A DNA stretch of 64,000 bases from Cyanophora paradoxa CCMP329 (lineage: Eukaryota > Plantae > Glaucophyta). This document shows, piece after piece, positions 20,001-34,220 of this stretch; within the stretch, counting starts at the first letter, position 1, and every line of letters starts with the position of its first letter. The position numbers and the translations under genes were made by a program. The stretch is taken from positions 1-64,000 of the forward strand of contig QPMI01000612.1 in assembly GCA_004431415.1 (NCBI GenBank). The letters are read 5' to 3'. The notes beneath the pieces were generated by a model that saw nothing but the letters and a program-made list of their open reading frames with translations, searched no databases and was not told the DNA's origin.

Positions 20001-23000
20001 CACTGTCAAGTACAACAACCCCCGCTTCCCGTACCGCGGCAAGTCGCAGCTGGAGAAGCTCACCGGCCTCTTCCCCGCACAGAAGTACCTGTGCGCTGCA
20101 GCTGACTGCCCGTCCCCCGATATATTGCGCGCCAGTTGTAGACGCTCACTCGCTTGCGATGCGCAGGATTACCGACACAGCCTTCAACAACGTCGACGAA
20201 TCAAGTGTGGCCGCAACAGCGGTGATCGCCGCATCTCCTGTGTCGACGGACACCGGCAGCGAGGACCCGGAGTCGCCGCCGCCGCCGCCGCCGGGCACGC
20301 CACCCGGGCCCATCGCCCCGGACGCGCTCGCGCCGCTCCCGGTCCCCATCACGGCGGCCACCGTCTCCGACGCGGACGTCACGATTGACTGGAGCTTCCA
20401 GAAGACGGACCCGCTCTGGCTCGGCGGCGCGTACCCCGAGCTGTACACGAAGACGGTGACCCTGCACCTCTTCAAGGAGGACTGCACGAGCAGCGCCTGC
20501 GGCACCCCCGTCCAGACCTTCCCCGCCACCGTCTGCAGCATGTCCGCCCCGCCGGCGACTGCGAACGACTACCCCGGCGTTTGCGACACGGCGGCGGAGA
20601 AGACTCACACCCTCACGTGCGCCTTGAGCTTTGTTGCGGTTCTTTAAGAGCGATTGCCGCTGGCCTGTTCATTGAATCCCCGGCCCGGGGTCCGCGCAGA
20701 TCTCTCACCCCGGGCACCTACACCGCCTACCTTACGGTCTGATCCCATTCCTCTAATGACGTGTTGGCATATGTATCAACTGACACGTGAATGTTTCGCG
20801 CCGCAGCTCACGAACAGCGCGGACCTCACGAGCTCCGTGCCGGACTCGATCAAGGAGAAGTTCACCGTCATTCCGACTCTCATCGCGCCGACCCCGGCCC
20901 CGAGCCCTGCTCCCGGCGCAACCTCGAACACCGATCTCACCTGGGACAAGGTCAGACAGTTTCTGCAGATGTTCGAGAAAATTGATTTCGAAGCTGGCAT
21001 CCTATTAATATTGTGGTTGTTTGAACCATGATGTTGACATCGGCCCTTGCAGACGGTTAACGAGGACTGGACGGACTTCGTGGCGGGCTACACCATCGAG
21101 TTCCTCCGCGTCGTGTTCGACTCCGCGACCGGCGCGTGCCTGTGGGATCCGGAGACGCCCTATCCGGCGGGCGCCACTGCCGCGGTTGACGGCGACGTGG
21201 CGACCGCGGGCTACGACGCGGCAAGCAACACCATCGCCACCGTGGCCGGCGGCTGCTACAAGATTCGCGTCATCGTTGAGGGCGCGGACGGCGCCGCGGA
21301 CGCCACTGGCGCCTGGATCCATTACCGCGTTCCGGGTGGTGCCATCTGCCCTCCTGCCATCAAGAAGGTCAAGCACCTGCCGATCGCCCGCACGAACTTC
21401 CTCGGCACCGTCCCGGAGTGCGATGGCGGCTCTCCGATCGTCATGTACCAGTTCGTCATCAAGAACATCATCCCGGGCACCGAGCAGACCAAGATCTGCC
21501 GCAAGCGGGCCCCCGGGCAGCTCAAGTTCGGCCTCCCCGAGGACACCGCCACCTCCGACAGTGGGTTCCACAACGAGTGCTGGGACTACTTCACGCCCGG
21601 TCCGCGGCTCGAGTTCCTTCCGCGCGCTTCATCGTTTGCTGACCGCATAGCTGGCGTCGAACGCAGGATATACCTACGCCGTATCTGCCTTGTGAGCTCT
21701 CGTCCGACGCCGCGCCATTGATATTGCTACTGGTGCCGTCGCTCACGTTTCCGTCCTTGCGCAGCATCAAGAACTCCGAGGGCATGTACGCGCAGTCCAA
21801 GTGGGTTCCGTTCCGCACCCCGGCCACGGCGCCCGGCCGCTCGCCGCTGCCCTTCGGCTCCAAGCCGCTGAACGCGACGTACAACCCGGCCACGAACTCG
21901 ATGACGGCCTACATGACCGCCGACCTCGTGCGCATGCGTCCACGCCGCCGTCCCCGCGAATTCAACCCGCGTAATGAGGCAATTCTGCGATCATCCTCTG
22001 ACGAGCGTGCACGTGTGCGGCGTGCAGAACAACTGGCTCTCCGGAGGCTACCTCGACACGACCATCGACCAGAGCACCGTCACGCTGAGCATCTGGGAAC
22101 AGCAGTACTTCGGCATGAACGGCAAGAGGGCCTCCGTCTGCACGCGCTCGTCCGTCATCTCGCAGCCGCAGTCCACCTGGACCTGCGACAGCCTCAAGGC
22201 CAACACTGAATACGCTGCGGTGCGCGCTGCCGTCGACGTTACATCGTCGTGTGAGGGCGCTGTTTGAATGGTTCGTGTGCAACAGGCGATCTACGGCTGC
22301 AACAACGAGGGGCAGTGCACGACCTACGACAAGTTCACGAAGATCACGCTCTCGCCGATCGACTACTGGCCCTCGAACCCCGTGACCGGTGCGCCGCTGC
22401 TCTGTTCTCGGCACGCGATCGCGATCCGACGTCGACGGCATTTGACTTGTGTTTGCGCAGCCACGCCCGCAAGCTCGGTCAGGTTCGCCCACGTGACGGC
22501 GACCTCGGTCCGCGTCTCGTTCGCGGCCGTTGCGGGCGACGCCGTGACCGGCTACGCTGTCTCGGTCTCGAGCGACGCGTCGAGCGCCTGCCCCGCCGCG
22601 GCCGTCGACCCCGTCGCGGCGTCCTCCAGCCCAAGCGCGACCCTCACAGGGCTCGCCATGGACTGCGTCTACACGGTCTCCGTCGTCACCAAGGCCGGGA
22701 GCGCGCAGAGCGCCGCCACCACGGCTCGCTTCTTCACCGCCGGCCCCGTCGCCATCTCGGGCGCCTCCGTGGGCAGCTCCTCGATCACCTTCTCCTGGAC
22801 CGTCAAGGTGCGGTCCACGCCTTTGCACGCGCCTCCCGCCCTCTCTTCGCCGATTAGCGTGTGCGTGTGCGCATCTGACCCCGCGCGTGCAGCCCACCGT
22901 GACGGGCTCGACTGAGAAGACTGGGGGTGTGATCTACGCGCCGTACTACCAGCAGATTGGCGTGGCGAACAAAGCCTACGTCAGGATGCCCTACGTGACC

Positions 23001-24761
23001 AACCCGGCCTCCTCGAAGCAGACTACGATCAAGTACACCATCTCGAACCTCCTCCCGGCCACCGCCTACGTGCGCCGCTTGCTGCGCTTGCGATTGCGCC
23101 TTTCCTGACTCCCCCTGCAGCAAGTGGCAGTGATCCCCATTTACAGCTACTCCATCGACTCGAAGGGCAATGTTCAGACTCCGGCGTACCTGCAGGGCAT
23201 TGTTCCGGAGATCGTCGACGTCGTGACGCTCAGCAAGAGCGGCCAGGTTGTCTCGGGCACCGTTTCTCTCAGCACCTTCATTTCTTCGAACCTGGCATAC
23301 ACCACCGCCGGTGCGCCGCGGCCGCTCGCTGCCTTCTGTATCTGTTGCGGTTGCCAGTTCTCTTATCGACTGCATGGTGGACCGCGCGCAGACGACGGCA
23401 GCGCTGCTCTTTCGTTCTCGCTGGGGGCGACCGTCTCGTGCGCGTCCCTGAACGAGGTGAAGGTGACGCTGCTGGCGGACCAGCTCGCCGCGATCTTCGG
23501 CGTCTCGACGAGCCAGGTCAAGTACACGGACATCGGCTGCAGCGTCAAGGTCGCCCAGCGCCGCTCCCTCCGCGCGCTCCGCTCCGCCGGCCGCTTTCTC
23601 CTCGAGGACGTCGCGGCGTGCATCGAGAGCGACGCGGCGCTCCCGGGGCTCGTCCCCGACGAGGCGTCGGGCGCCCTGGAGGTCGCCGCGGACGCCGGCC
23701 TCCCGCTGTGCACGGCCGACGAGGCGCACGCCGACATCGACGGCGCCGCCGCCGCCGTCCAGAACGAGGTCGAGATCGGCGTCGTCCTGGTAGAGGCGGG
23801 GAGCGGCGCGACGGGCCGCCGCCTGCTCGACGCCCTCGACGCGACCGCGGGCAGCATCCGCAGCCTCCGAGTCCGCGGCCTCGCCATCCTCAGCGCCGGC
23901 GCCCTCGACCTCGGCGCGTTCGGCACCGCCCGCGTCAAGAAGGTCGTCGCCGGCGCCCCGTCGGGCGCCGCCGTCGCCGCCAGCCCGTCCACTGCCGCCG
24001 GCGCCGCCTCGGCGCCGGCCTCCTCCGGCGTCTCGGTCGGCGTCATTGCCGCCGCCGTCGCCGGCGCCGTCGCCCTCGTGGCCATTGCTGTCGTCGCCGT
24101 CGTCTACCGGAAGCTCCGCAACGCGCGCGACGAGGTCATCATGAAGGCGGCCTACGCGGCGGAGCCCGTCGTGTACCCGACGCCGCCGGCCTCGCACCGC
24201 GGCTCGTTCGACTTGAAGGCCGCCGGCCTGCCCTCCCTGCAGCTCCATGTCTCCGGCGAGGACGCTGGCCAGGGCCCGGACTCGCCGGGGATGCCCGCGA
24301 CCAGCGTCAGCCGCCGGCCGAGCAGCACCATCGACATCGGCGACATTGGCGCCGCCATCGAGCTGCCGCGCCACGCGGTGGCGCACGCGGCCGGCATCCG
24401 GAGCCGCAGCTGGCGCGAGGAGGGGCGGCGGGCGAGTGTGACCGCCGCGACGTCGCCCTCGGCAGACGCCGTCTCCCCGACTGCCTCGGAGGGCGGCCAC
24501 GGGCCCCGCCCCCGCTCCGCGAGCTTCCTCGGCCTCGCCCCCACCGCCTTCGTGGACGCCACCGCCGACTCGGTCGTCTCCCTCGCGCCCCCAGGGAGCT
24601 TCGAGCCGGCTGCCGCGGCCGCCGAGGCCGACGAGGGCGAGGCCGCCGGCAAGGGCCGCGTGCCCCGCAGCCGCTCCATCAAGCTGAGCGTGCCGCCGCG
24701 GGCCGAGGACCTGCCCCCGACCGCCCGCCCCGACCAGCTCGACTCCTACCGCATGCCTTGA
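17074..24761 (+). CDS. Large multi-exon fibronectin type III-repeat single-pass membrane protein; 5' part cut off by the viral insertion
   Basis: Repeated FN3-like patterns (KIKWRRPSYSGG..ITEYTV, LTWGRPSDTGG, GGSPIVMY, ATLTGL..YTVSV). TM segment VGVIAAAVAGAVALVAIAVVAVVYRK, then a low-complexity tail ending at TGA 24761. Confidence 0.75.
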
Positions 24762-26024
24762 GCCCTTTGACCGACGCCCAAGCTAATGCGACCGCCGCAC
24801 AAGTGTTTTCCGTAGGCCTGTAGGTATCGCGATATGCAGATAACACGCAACTGCCGAGCTCGAGTGCCTGAGGCTCGCGGTCGGCAGTTGGATTTTTCAT
24901 GATCACCGAGTCATTCGGTCACAATATTTTCTGTGTTTACGCAGTTAACTTAGTAAGCAGATCTGGATCTGGGTCTTTGTAGTTTAGTCATGGATCGATC
25001 CAAATGAAAAATGTATAGTTTAAAATATCTTGCGTTTGCGCCATCATGGATGATTTTGTCAATCTGTATAGATAAACTAGAAAAGCGCTAGAATCTTGTG
25101 CGCGTGCGTCTGTTCTGCAATGAAGCTCATGAGCAACCCCTCGTGCCACGGTGCACGTGCTTTAAACAATTTCCCTGACTCGGGAGTCCAACGTTAACCG
25201 CGGCCGGGAACTTCGAATTCAGCATGCACTTTAATTCACAGCGAAGTGTCACAGTGTGTGGGGGGGAAGGTGCATTGATATTCTTCGAGTTCGAATTCTT
25301 AGTCCCCCCTAGGACTTGATGTCCCGCCCGGTTTGGCGGATCACCGCACTTTCGCCACCGTACGCGTGGCACCACTTTCTCCAAAACGGTTCAAGTTTAA
25401 CGGCACCACTCCGCTAGGCGCGGCTAGCACAGTACTAGTGAGCAGAGCGTTCGAACTCGAAGCTTAAAACTTTTCGAAACTTTGAAATGAAACGTTTGAA
25501 ACCCGGCCTGCGGCGGGGGCCCCCCCGGGCGGGGCGTGCACGTGCCGCCGCGAGCGCGGGGGTCGCCGCGAGTCCGACGGTCGCGAGTCGCCGAGCCTCG
25601 GAGTCGGAGACACCGTGGCACACATGTTCAGCTGCAGGTCACTGATCATGAGGTGCAGCTGCAGGGGTGAGCGATGCAGCAGCCTGGCAGCACACTACTA
25701 GTTAAATTGGTAACACGCGAGCCCGGGCACCTGCACTGCGCATGCGGCAGGAGCTCGCGCCTTGGGCTCTAGCTGTAGGGGCCTCGAGGCTTGGTCTACA
25801 CGAGCTTGCGGTTGGAGAGTTCAATTTAGTTCCGAGGTTTAGCGCTGACTGGCTGATATGCGCGCGAGCGGTGAACGGACAATTGCAACTGGTTCACTGA
25901 TCACGAGTCAGCGAGACGGAGCCCCCGACGTGGACATTCCAGGACACGACAGCCGTGCCAGCGTGGAGTTGCTGGCCCCGGCGCCGGGGCGGGGCGGGGC
26001 GGGGCGGGGCGGGGCGGGGCGGGG

Positions 26025-29000
26025 CTAGGCGTCGGAGGGGAGGGCGGCGTCGACGCGCTGGAAGTCGGCGAGGAAGGCGCGCATGAGGGCCACCATGTGC
26101 CCCACGTCCTCCGCCCCGCACGTCTCCCGCACGCTGTGCATCGCGAACTGCGCGCGCGGCGGCTGGCGGTCAGCCCAGCGCGCGAAGAGCGCAGCGGGTA
26201 ATCATGAGGCCGGCGGGTGAGCGCGCCTGCGGGTTGCCGATGTCGACGGTCCGCACGCCCGTGCGCATCGCCAGGATCGGCTGCCGGGGGGTTCGTTCAA
26301 GGAGGGCGGGCGGGCGGGGCGGGGCGGGGTGGGGCGCGGGGCGGGGGCGGACCCCGATGGTGGAGCCGCAGGGGCTGTCGTTCCGCACCACGAACTCCTG
26401 CCAGCCGGCCCCGCGAGGGGCGGGGTCAGCCGCAGGGGCGACAGACGGGGAGCCCCCGCGGGGGGGACGGGGGGCGCCTGGAAGGGGATGGCGTTGCGGC
26501 GGCAGAGCTCGCGGACGATGAAGCCCGTCACCAGGTTCGTCGCGTACCTGCCGGCCCCGGCCGCGCGCCCCCGTCACGCGCAGCACGCGTGCGCCGCAGC
26601 TCTGACCCGGGTCCGATGGGCCGCCCCTCCCGCCACAGCTAACTGACTGACTAAATGACTGACTGGCCTCACTAGTGGACGCGGGGGGCGGGGCAGGGGA
26701 GCGGGTGGCGGGGATGGGGGCGGCTGGCGGGCGGCACCGCTGGTTGGCGTTGCTCTTGATGACGGGGCCCTTGTTGATCGCCACCCGGTGGTTCTCCTCG
26801 TGCTGCCCCCGCCCTCAGCTGCACGCGCCCCGGGCGGCGCCCCGCGCCCCGCGCCGCGGACCTTCTCGGCGTAGTTGGGGTGGCACCCGTGCGCCATGTC
26901 CGCCGAGATGATGAACGAGCGCCGCGCCGCCACCTGCCGCCCCCGCCCCCGTCGCCGCCCGCCGGTGAGCTACGGGGTGGTGACAGAGCGGGGCGGGGCG
27001 GGCTGGGGCGTCGGCGTGGCGGAGCCTCGGGCCTCGGGTTGTGCGAGGGGGCGTGAGGAGGGGGCGGGGCGAGGGCGCGCGCCTCGAGGGCGTCGTCGGG
27101 CGTCGAGGCGCTCTTGAACGCCAGCGCCACCCTGCCGCCGAGGCGCCGGCGGGGGTTCAGCGAGGGGGCCCGGTGGCGCGGGGGCGGAGCGCGGGGCACC
27201 GGCGCATGGCCTCGGGGATGAGGGGCGAGCTCGCCCCGTGCGTCGACTCGCTCCCCACCTGCCGGCGCGCCCCTCAGCCCCGCCACGCCCCCTCCCAGCC
27301 CTCCCCTCCGCTCTCGAGCACGCGCGAGGCGACGTGCGCTCGGATGCGACGCGCTCGAGCAGCCGAGGCGCGCTGAGGGAGCGGCGGGGGCGCGCGGCAC
27401 CTCCTCGTGGTCGAAGAGGGCGACGAGGGCGACGCCGTCGTCCGACGCCGCCGCCCCGCCGGCCGCGTACTCCACCAGCGCCTGCCCGCCCGCCTCAGCC
27501 GCCCCGCCCGTGCTCCGCCTCCGCGCGCAGCGACAGGAGCCCGAGGCCTCTCCTCTGGCTCCTCTCTAGCCCCCTCTAGCGATCCAGGCGCCGGCCTCTA
27601 TGAGGGAGGTCGCGAAGGCTCTAGGGGCGCCCCGCGTCCGGCGGGGTGCGGGGGCGGGGCGGGGTGGGCGGGGCCGGCGGGCCTTGGTGGCGCAGAAGGA
27701 GGAGTTGAGGTTGTCGAGGCGGGCGGAGAAGACGAACTCGCCTGCGCGCGGCCGGCGGTCAGCAGCCGGCACCGCCTCCTCGGCGCCGGGCCGGCGCAGC
27801 GCGCAAGCAGCGTGCCGGCGCGTGTAAGAGAGCCATAGAGCAACAAGACGGGGCGGTGTGAGGAGGGGTGGGAGGGGGGAGCGCGCCGTTGAGGCCGCCG
27901 AGGGTGCCGGGCTGGACGTCGAAGACGGAGAGGTCGAGGTCCACGATCGCCCCCGCTGCGCCCCCCGCGCCCCCTCGCACCCCGCCCCTGCCCCGCCCCC
28001 GAGCCCGGCCCCTGCGTGGGCCGGCGGGGAGCATAGAGAAGCCCCCCCGGGAGGCCTGTGGGAGGCCCGGCGCCGGCCCCCGGCCCGGACTTGTCTCCGC
28101 CACAGCCCGCCCTGCTCCCCTCCAGGGGCCCCGGCGCGCACCGTCGACGCCGAGCTGCCTGGCGAGGGCCGCGAGGAGCGCCGGGTGGTGCCGCTTCCCC
28201 AGCGGCAGCTCCGCCCCCGCCCCGGCTGCCGGCCAGCGCGAGGGACGGTCAGGCCGGCGCTCGAGGGAGGGGGGCCGAGGGGGAGGGGCGGGGGCAGGGG
28301 GCGGGCGGACGGGCGGGCGTGGCGGCGGCGTCCTTCTTGGCCTCGCCCTCGAGCTGCTGGGCGAGGATGGGGAGGAAGTGCGTCTGCTTGTTCATCTTGA
28401 ACGCCTCCCGCTGCGCCCCGAGCCGCCCGCCTCGGCGAGGCGCGGCGCTCGAGGGCAGCGCGGGGCGCAGCGGCGGCGGCGCGCCTCGTCGGGGGACTGG
28501 AGGTGGATGGCGAGGTTCGGGACGCGCAGGATGGGCCTGCCCGCGGCCCCCGCTCGAGGACGGGATGGAATGGGGGGCCCGGTGGCGTGCGCGCTGCGCA
28601 CTCGCGGATCTCGACGAGGCGCTGCTTGAAGGAGCCGTCCGCCTCGCGCACGATCACCTTCCCCGCCACCGACAGGTCCCGGTCGAACCACGTGTGCCTG
28701 GCCCCCAGCGCCCCAGCCCAGCCGGCCCCGCGTGAGCGGAGCGGAGGGGAGAGGGGCGAGCCGGGGCGGGGCGGGGCGGGGCGCGGGGGCGCACCAGAGG
28801 CCGCCGCCGTAGAGCTCGACGCCGACCTGGAGGAAGCCCTGCTTGGCGACCGCCGAGACGGGCTTCACCCGCGGGCACGGGCTGTCCGTGTGCGCCCCGA
28901 TGATCTGCCGCCCCCGTCGCCCCCTGCCAGCGCCGGCGGGGCGCGCTGCGGCACGCGCGGCGCGCCTTGAAAGCGTTCCCGGCCTCGTACTTGCCGCCGA

Positions 29001-29409
29001 CGACGAAAGAAACGATGGTCGACATGTTTCGCGTCTGCGGAGCGGCGGGACCGGTTCGTGGGGGGCGGCGTACAGATCCGCATTCGGCCAGTGGGCGGGA
29101 ATGGAGCGCGCACGTAGTAGTAGCGGCCGCCGCGCTTGAGCTCGCCGTTCCACGACTTGTGCTCATTGATGCGGACGAAACCGGCCTTCTCGAACATCTG
29201 GCGCGCTTGCTCTGCGCTCGGCATGAGCGAGAGATGCGAAGGCACGGGTGCAGAGACGTCGGACGCGGCGTGCTGACCGACGGCATGGTACGGGCTCGGT
29301 GAGCCGTTCAGGAACTGCACCGCCTGCGACGGACTTCAGAGCGGGTTCCAAGGGCGGTGCGCGGCGTCGATCGCACCTCCGCAGCGAGCGCTGGCGTGGG
29401 GGCGGACAT
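26025..29409 (-). CDS. DNPEP: Aspartyl aminopeptidase (peptidase M18), multi-exon
   Basis: [61 protein letters not shown]. Confidence 0.93.
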
Positions 29410-29568
29410 CTTCTTTGACGGGGGGGGGGGAAGAAATGGGCCAGTTGCAACGCGCGAACGCGGGAGTCGAAAGCGAGCGACCGGCGCGCTAGCTAGGGGC
29501 GCGGATAGTGCAGCTTAGGTCGCTGACAGCAGCTGACACGACCACAGCGTACGGAAGGGGCGCCGCGC

Positions 29569-30676
29569 ATGGCCGAAGAACCGGAGCCTCGCGAGGAAGT
29601 CTTCGGGGAAGAGAGCAAGTATCTGCAGCCGCTAGAACAGCTTAAACAGGCGTGGCGCAACGAGACTTTCGCGCCCGAGATCCTGGACTACGAGGCGGAC
29701 GCCGTGAAGCAGCTTGTGGAGAAGACCAAAGCGAACGTGCGCGCTCGCAGGCTCGCGCTCGTGTGGGCTATGGATGGCCGAGCTGCAGTCCGGCCTTTCC
29801 GTGCGGGGCGCTCACGCGTCGGGCGGGCGGGCGCGCAGGACGAGTTCTTCGACGAGCAGGAGGAGGAGCTCTTCTACAACCAGCTCCGGATGATGGACAA
29901 CGATCGCGTGAAGTTCGTCGTTCGGGATTACCTCCGCGTGCGATTGAAAAAGGCGCCCGCCCGCGCTGCGCCGCGCCGCGCCGCCCTCGCGCCCCGCTGA
30001 GGGGCGCGGCGTCAGATCCAGGAGATGTTCATGTTCATACTGAACAACCCGGGCCAGCGGCAGCGCCTCTCGGAGCCCGAGCTGCGCTTCGCGGAAGGGT
30101 GCGTCGACGCCCTCTGATCGGCTGCCGGCGGCGGCGGGGGCCGGGCCGACGCCTCCGCAGGCTGCGGAAGCTCTTCGAGGAGCACTGCAGCCGCTCGGCG
30201 CTGGACAGGTTGCCGCCCGACCACAGGCGCCTGGAGGTCCAGAACCAGCACGAGAACATGAGTGCGCCCCCTTCCGGAGCCCCCCGGCCCGCCGGCGCCC
30301 CCGCGCACCCCGCTCACACCGCCCCGCCCCTCCCCGCGCAGTCCCGGAGCCGAACATGGATCAGTTCGTGACGTCGCGCGTGCTGACGGACATCGGCTCC
30401 TTCCAGCTCAGCGAGGAGTGCGCCCCCATGCCCCCCCCCCCCCTCCCCCCCCCCCCTCTCCCCCTCCCCCCCCCTCCGTATGCACCGCTCAGCTTGTGCG
30501 CCGGGCAGGCACGACCCGACGATCCTAAAAAAGGACAACGTCCTCGTTGCAAAGCGCGCCCGCCGCCTCCGCCCGCTTCCCGTCCCTTCGCTGCGCGCCT
30601 GACGACCGTACCCCCGCCCTGCAGGTACTCCGCCATCAAGAACCTGCTTGAGCAGTACCAGCTTCGCCTCATATAG
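29569..30676 (+). CDS. GINS4: GINS complex subunit Sld5, multi-exon
   Basis: AWRNETFAPEILDY, DRVKFVVRDYLRVRLKKI, PNMDQFV, and C-terminal RYSAIKNLL..LRLI. Confidence 0.88.
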
Positions 30677-30910
30677 CTGTTGCTGTAGCCCGTTACCCTC
30701 TTCCCCCTTTCCCTACCTCCCGCCTGTCCGGTCCTCTACTCGTACTATCGTCCTCTCCCTTTGGCCCCCCATCGTCCAGCGCAGACCCTCGGAGGCCTGA
30801 ATTGCGATTGTTGAATTGCAGAAAGCTGAATCATGATAAGCAGCGCTGGGCGGGGGTCTATAATATAATAGGGTAGAGGGCGAGCGAACGGGTAGACTGC
30901 AATGCTATAA

Positions 30911-32694
30911 TTAGGAAAGGTGGACGGGCTGGCTCCCCCTCTTGGTCTGCGGGGGCAGGCGGGTGAGGCGGGGGGGCGGGGCGGGGGCGGGGCCGGCGCG
31001 GCGCACCTCGAGGCGCGCGGTGAGCGCTGCGATGCGCTCCGAGGCGTCCACGATCTGCGGGAGGCCTCGGCGGGGGTGGGGTGGGTGGGGGTGGGGACGG
31101 GGGACCTGGTCGCCGACGGGGAGCTTGAGGGCGAAGGCGGCCTTGCGGGCCGGGGGCGCGTCCAGCTGCACCGAGACCCGCTTTGAGCTCACGCCCGACC
31201 CGGGGCCGCTCCCCTCCGCCCCCTCCTCGCTGAACGCCACGCTGCCGCCCGCGCTCCCCGCGCGCCGCCGCCGCCGGACGCTCCTGTAGCCGCCCAGCGG
31301 GCTGGCCGCCTCCGCGGGGCTCGTCGCCTCGACGGGGCTCCCCGGGCCCAGCAGGCTGAGGGCGCTGCGGGCCGCCCCCGCCCCCTCCTCGCCCTCCGAG
31401 GCACTCGCCAGCGCCGAGAGGCCCGCCCGCTCCACTAGCGTCACCTCCGGCGCCCCCACCGCCGCCTCCGCCCGCTCCGCCCCCTCCTCCCCCTCCTCCT
31501 CTTCCTCCTCGTCTTCCTCGTCTTCCTCGTCCTCGTGGCCGCCAGCCGGCGTCTCCTCGGCCTCCGCCTGGTGCGCCGCCTTGGCGTCGCCGGCCGCCTC
31601 GGGGTCGGAGGCCGCGGGGGCGGCCTCGGCGGCGTCGGCGACGCGGCTGCGGAGGATGCGGAGGGCCTTGGCGGCGGCACCGCGGAGGCGGCGGGGCTTG
31701 CGGGCGGGGGCGAGGGGCGTGGCGCCGAGGGCGGGCTGGTGGAGGGAGTGGAGCATGAGGAGGAGGTCGAGCTCGACCTCCCCCGAGAGGGTCTCCAGCG
31801 GCAGGTGGTTGTCCAGCGACCCGAACGGCACCTCCAGCTCGAGCGTCAGGTTCTGCGCCCGCCGCGCCGCCCCATCAGTCGGATGCCATCGCGTCGCAGG
31901 CGGGCGGGGCGGGGCGCCTTGATGCCGTAGAAGACGAGGGTGAAGACGCCGAGGATGAGGGGCAGCTGCCACTGGATCTTCGTGTTCGAGCCGAGGAGCG
32001 GCGTGAAGACGAAGGGGAGCACGAGGAAGTAGAGGAAGAGCGTGATCTGGAGCATCTGCACGTAGGGGAACGGCACCGGCGTCGACAGGTACCGCGTCAG
32101 GATCTGCCGCCCGCCAGGCACGAGGCCGTCGGGTCGAGTGGGAGGGAGGGGCCGGGCGGGGCGGCAGGCACGTGGTAGTCGTTGATGAGGGCGTAGATCC
32201 GGAGGTTCAGGGGCCGCAGGAAGAGCTTCGGGAGGACACCCGCCTGCGTTTGGGGAAGGGGCAGTGAGCGCTCTCGTCCCCTCAATCCTCCAGCGCGCGC
32301 TGCGGGGCTCGGGCGCGGGGCGGGCGGGGGCGGGGGCGGGGGCGGGGGCGGGCCTGCATCAGGTGGGTGACCTCGGAGCGGAGCCAGCCGGCGATGAAGA
32401 CCGCGCGCGACCTGCCCCCCGCGCCCCCCCGCCCGCCTCAGCCGGCCGCCCCAGCCTCCCGCGGCAGGCGCCGGCGAGGTGCCGTCTCGCCAGAGGGCCC
32501 CCTCTTCCTGGCTTCTCATCGGGTGGGCCCGGTGTGCTACGACGATGCGAGCCTAGTGCACGAAGGCGGGGCGGGGCTGGTGGGGCGGCGGGGGCGGACC
32601 CGGCGGGATCTTCTCGATGGCCTCGATCTCCTCCTCGGTCATCCAGTGCGAGAGGAAGCCGAAGTCCTTGATCTGCCGCCCCTCGAGGCGCGCC

Positions 32695-32730
<36 letters not shown>

Positions 32731-33897
32731 GGGGGGGGGGGTGCGCACGCTGCCGTTGGTCTGCAGGTGCTGCGTCGTCATCGTGATGAAGCCCCCGATG
32801 AGGCGGCTCTGCGCTCCCGTCATCGCCGGCGGGGGCGCGGGCGGGGGCGGGGGCGGGGGCGCGGGCGGCGGGGCGTACCGTGTTGGAGCGGATCTTGCCG
32901 GTGGGGTCCTTCCCCGACGAGTCGATGAACGTGATCAGCTGCGGGGCGGCTTCGGCGGGCGGCCGGCGGAGCGGGGCGGCGAGCAGCGGGGCGGGGCGGG
33001 GCGGGCCTGGGCGCAGACGTCGCGGCAGCCGCAGCAAATGTTCGCGAAGGTCGTGCGGATGTCCCAGAAGCGCGCGTACGCCACTTGCGCGCGAAACACG
33101 AGCAGGAAGCCTGCCCGCGTGCCCCGTCGCCCGTTCCCGCCGGGGGCGGCGGGGCGGAGCGCGGCGGGGGGGGGCATGCGGACCGAGAGCGAAGGCCGCC
33201 ATAGCGTGCATCGTGTCGGGGATGCTGCGGGGCACAAGTCTCGCGATCAGCGGGGCGGGAAGGAGCGGGGCGGAACGGCGCTGCCGAGGGGCGCACCCCC
33301 AGCCGTTCTCGACTGCAAGCCGCGGCGCGGAGCGCGCAGTGAGTGCGGAGCGCAGAAAAGTGAAATTTCTGAAACTGCCGCGCACTGTCAGTGCGGTTGG
33401 TAGTAGTGGTCTGCGCGCGAGAAGCGTCAGGCGCGAGGGTGGCCAGCGGGCGCAGCCTGCAGGTGCGCGCAGGCTGGACGGCCAGGCGACGGCGCGCACG
33501 TAAAATCCCACGACGAAGCCCCATATCGACCAGCAGATCACGTTCACCCATATGCTCCGGTACACTGACCTGCGGGGCGTCCGTCGGCCTCTTCGTGCGG
33601 TGCGCGGGAGGAGAGGAGCGGCCGGCAGGGTGTGAAAGCGGCAATAGAGGCGGATTGCGTTTGCAGCGCCGTGGCGGCGGCAAGATGCGGCTGAAAGCAC
33701 GGCGGTTCCTCTGAGCGCCTGGGCGGCCAGAATCGCGGCTAAGCGGCTTGCTTATGCGACTATGGAACGCACCCGCGCCAGTAGAAGAACAGCAGGATCG
33801 TCGCCCTCCTGCGAAGCGCGGTCAGGGGCAGTGCCAAAGGGCGTGGTGCGTTGCTTTGCTGATCGAAGCACCAGGTGGACTGCTCGTAGCTGATCAT
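30911..33897 (-). CDS. Bestrophin-family (UPF0187-like) anion channel with acidic low-complexity tail
   Basis: MISY..WRGSV, FLLVFRAQVAYARFW, TPVPFPYVQ, ELEVPFG..NHLPLE. Confidence 0.82.
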
Positions 33898-34220
33898 TTT
33901 GGCGCGTGCGCCTGCGGCCTAACGCCGCCCCGCCCCGCCGACAAGCTCGCTGTTTTCGTTGCTTGCTGTTGGGCTTTGGAATAACCGTGCGCAAGCCAGC
34001 TGGTGGCTGCAGGTTGCGTGGGCTGCCACGGTTGCCGGTTGCGAGGGGTTGCCTGGGTTGGTGTTCGGGGGGTATGCCTCTTCAGTTTGGCCCACAACAA
34101 GGTCGGTCCATCCGTCGCCGCGTCGCCGCCCGCGCCGGCTCTATATGCCTGTCATTCGCCGCTTCTAAAGGCACCGCCACGATGCATCGCGCTGGGGGAG
34201 GAGTGCTCAACGTCGCGCAG

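Noticed and set aside
24900-25900. MITE or Helitron remnant in the intergenic region (TACTAGT copies, GC hairpins)
   Set aside because: No convincing TIR/TSD pair or terminal structure could be defined by eye.
32696-32741. Long poly-G runs (also 37613-37637) as functional elements
   Set aside because: Intronic or intergenic homopolymers typical of this genome, and their length is unreliable in assemblies.
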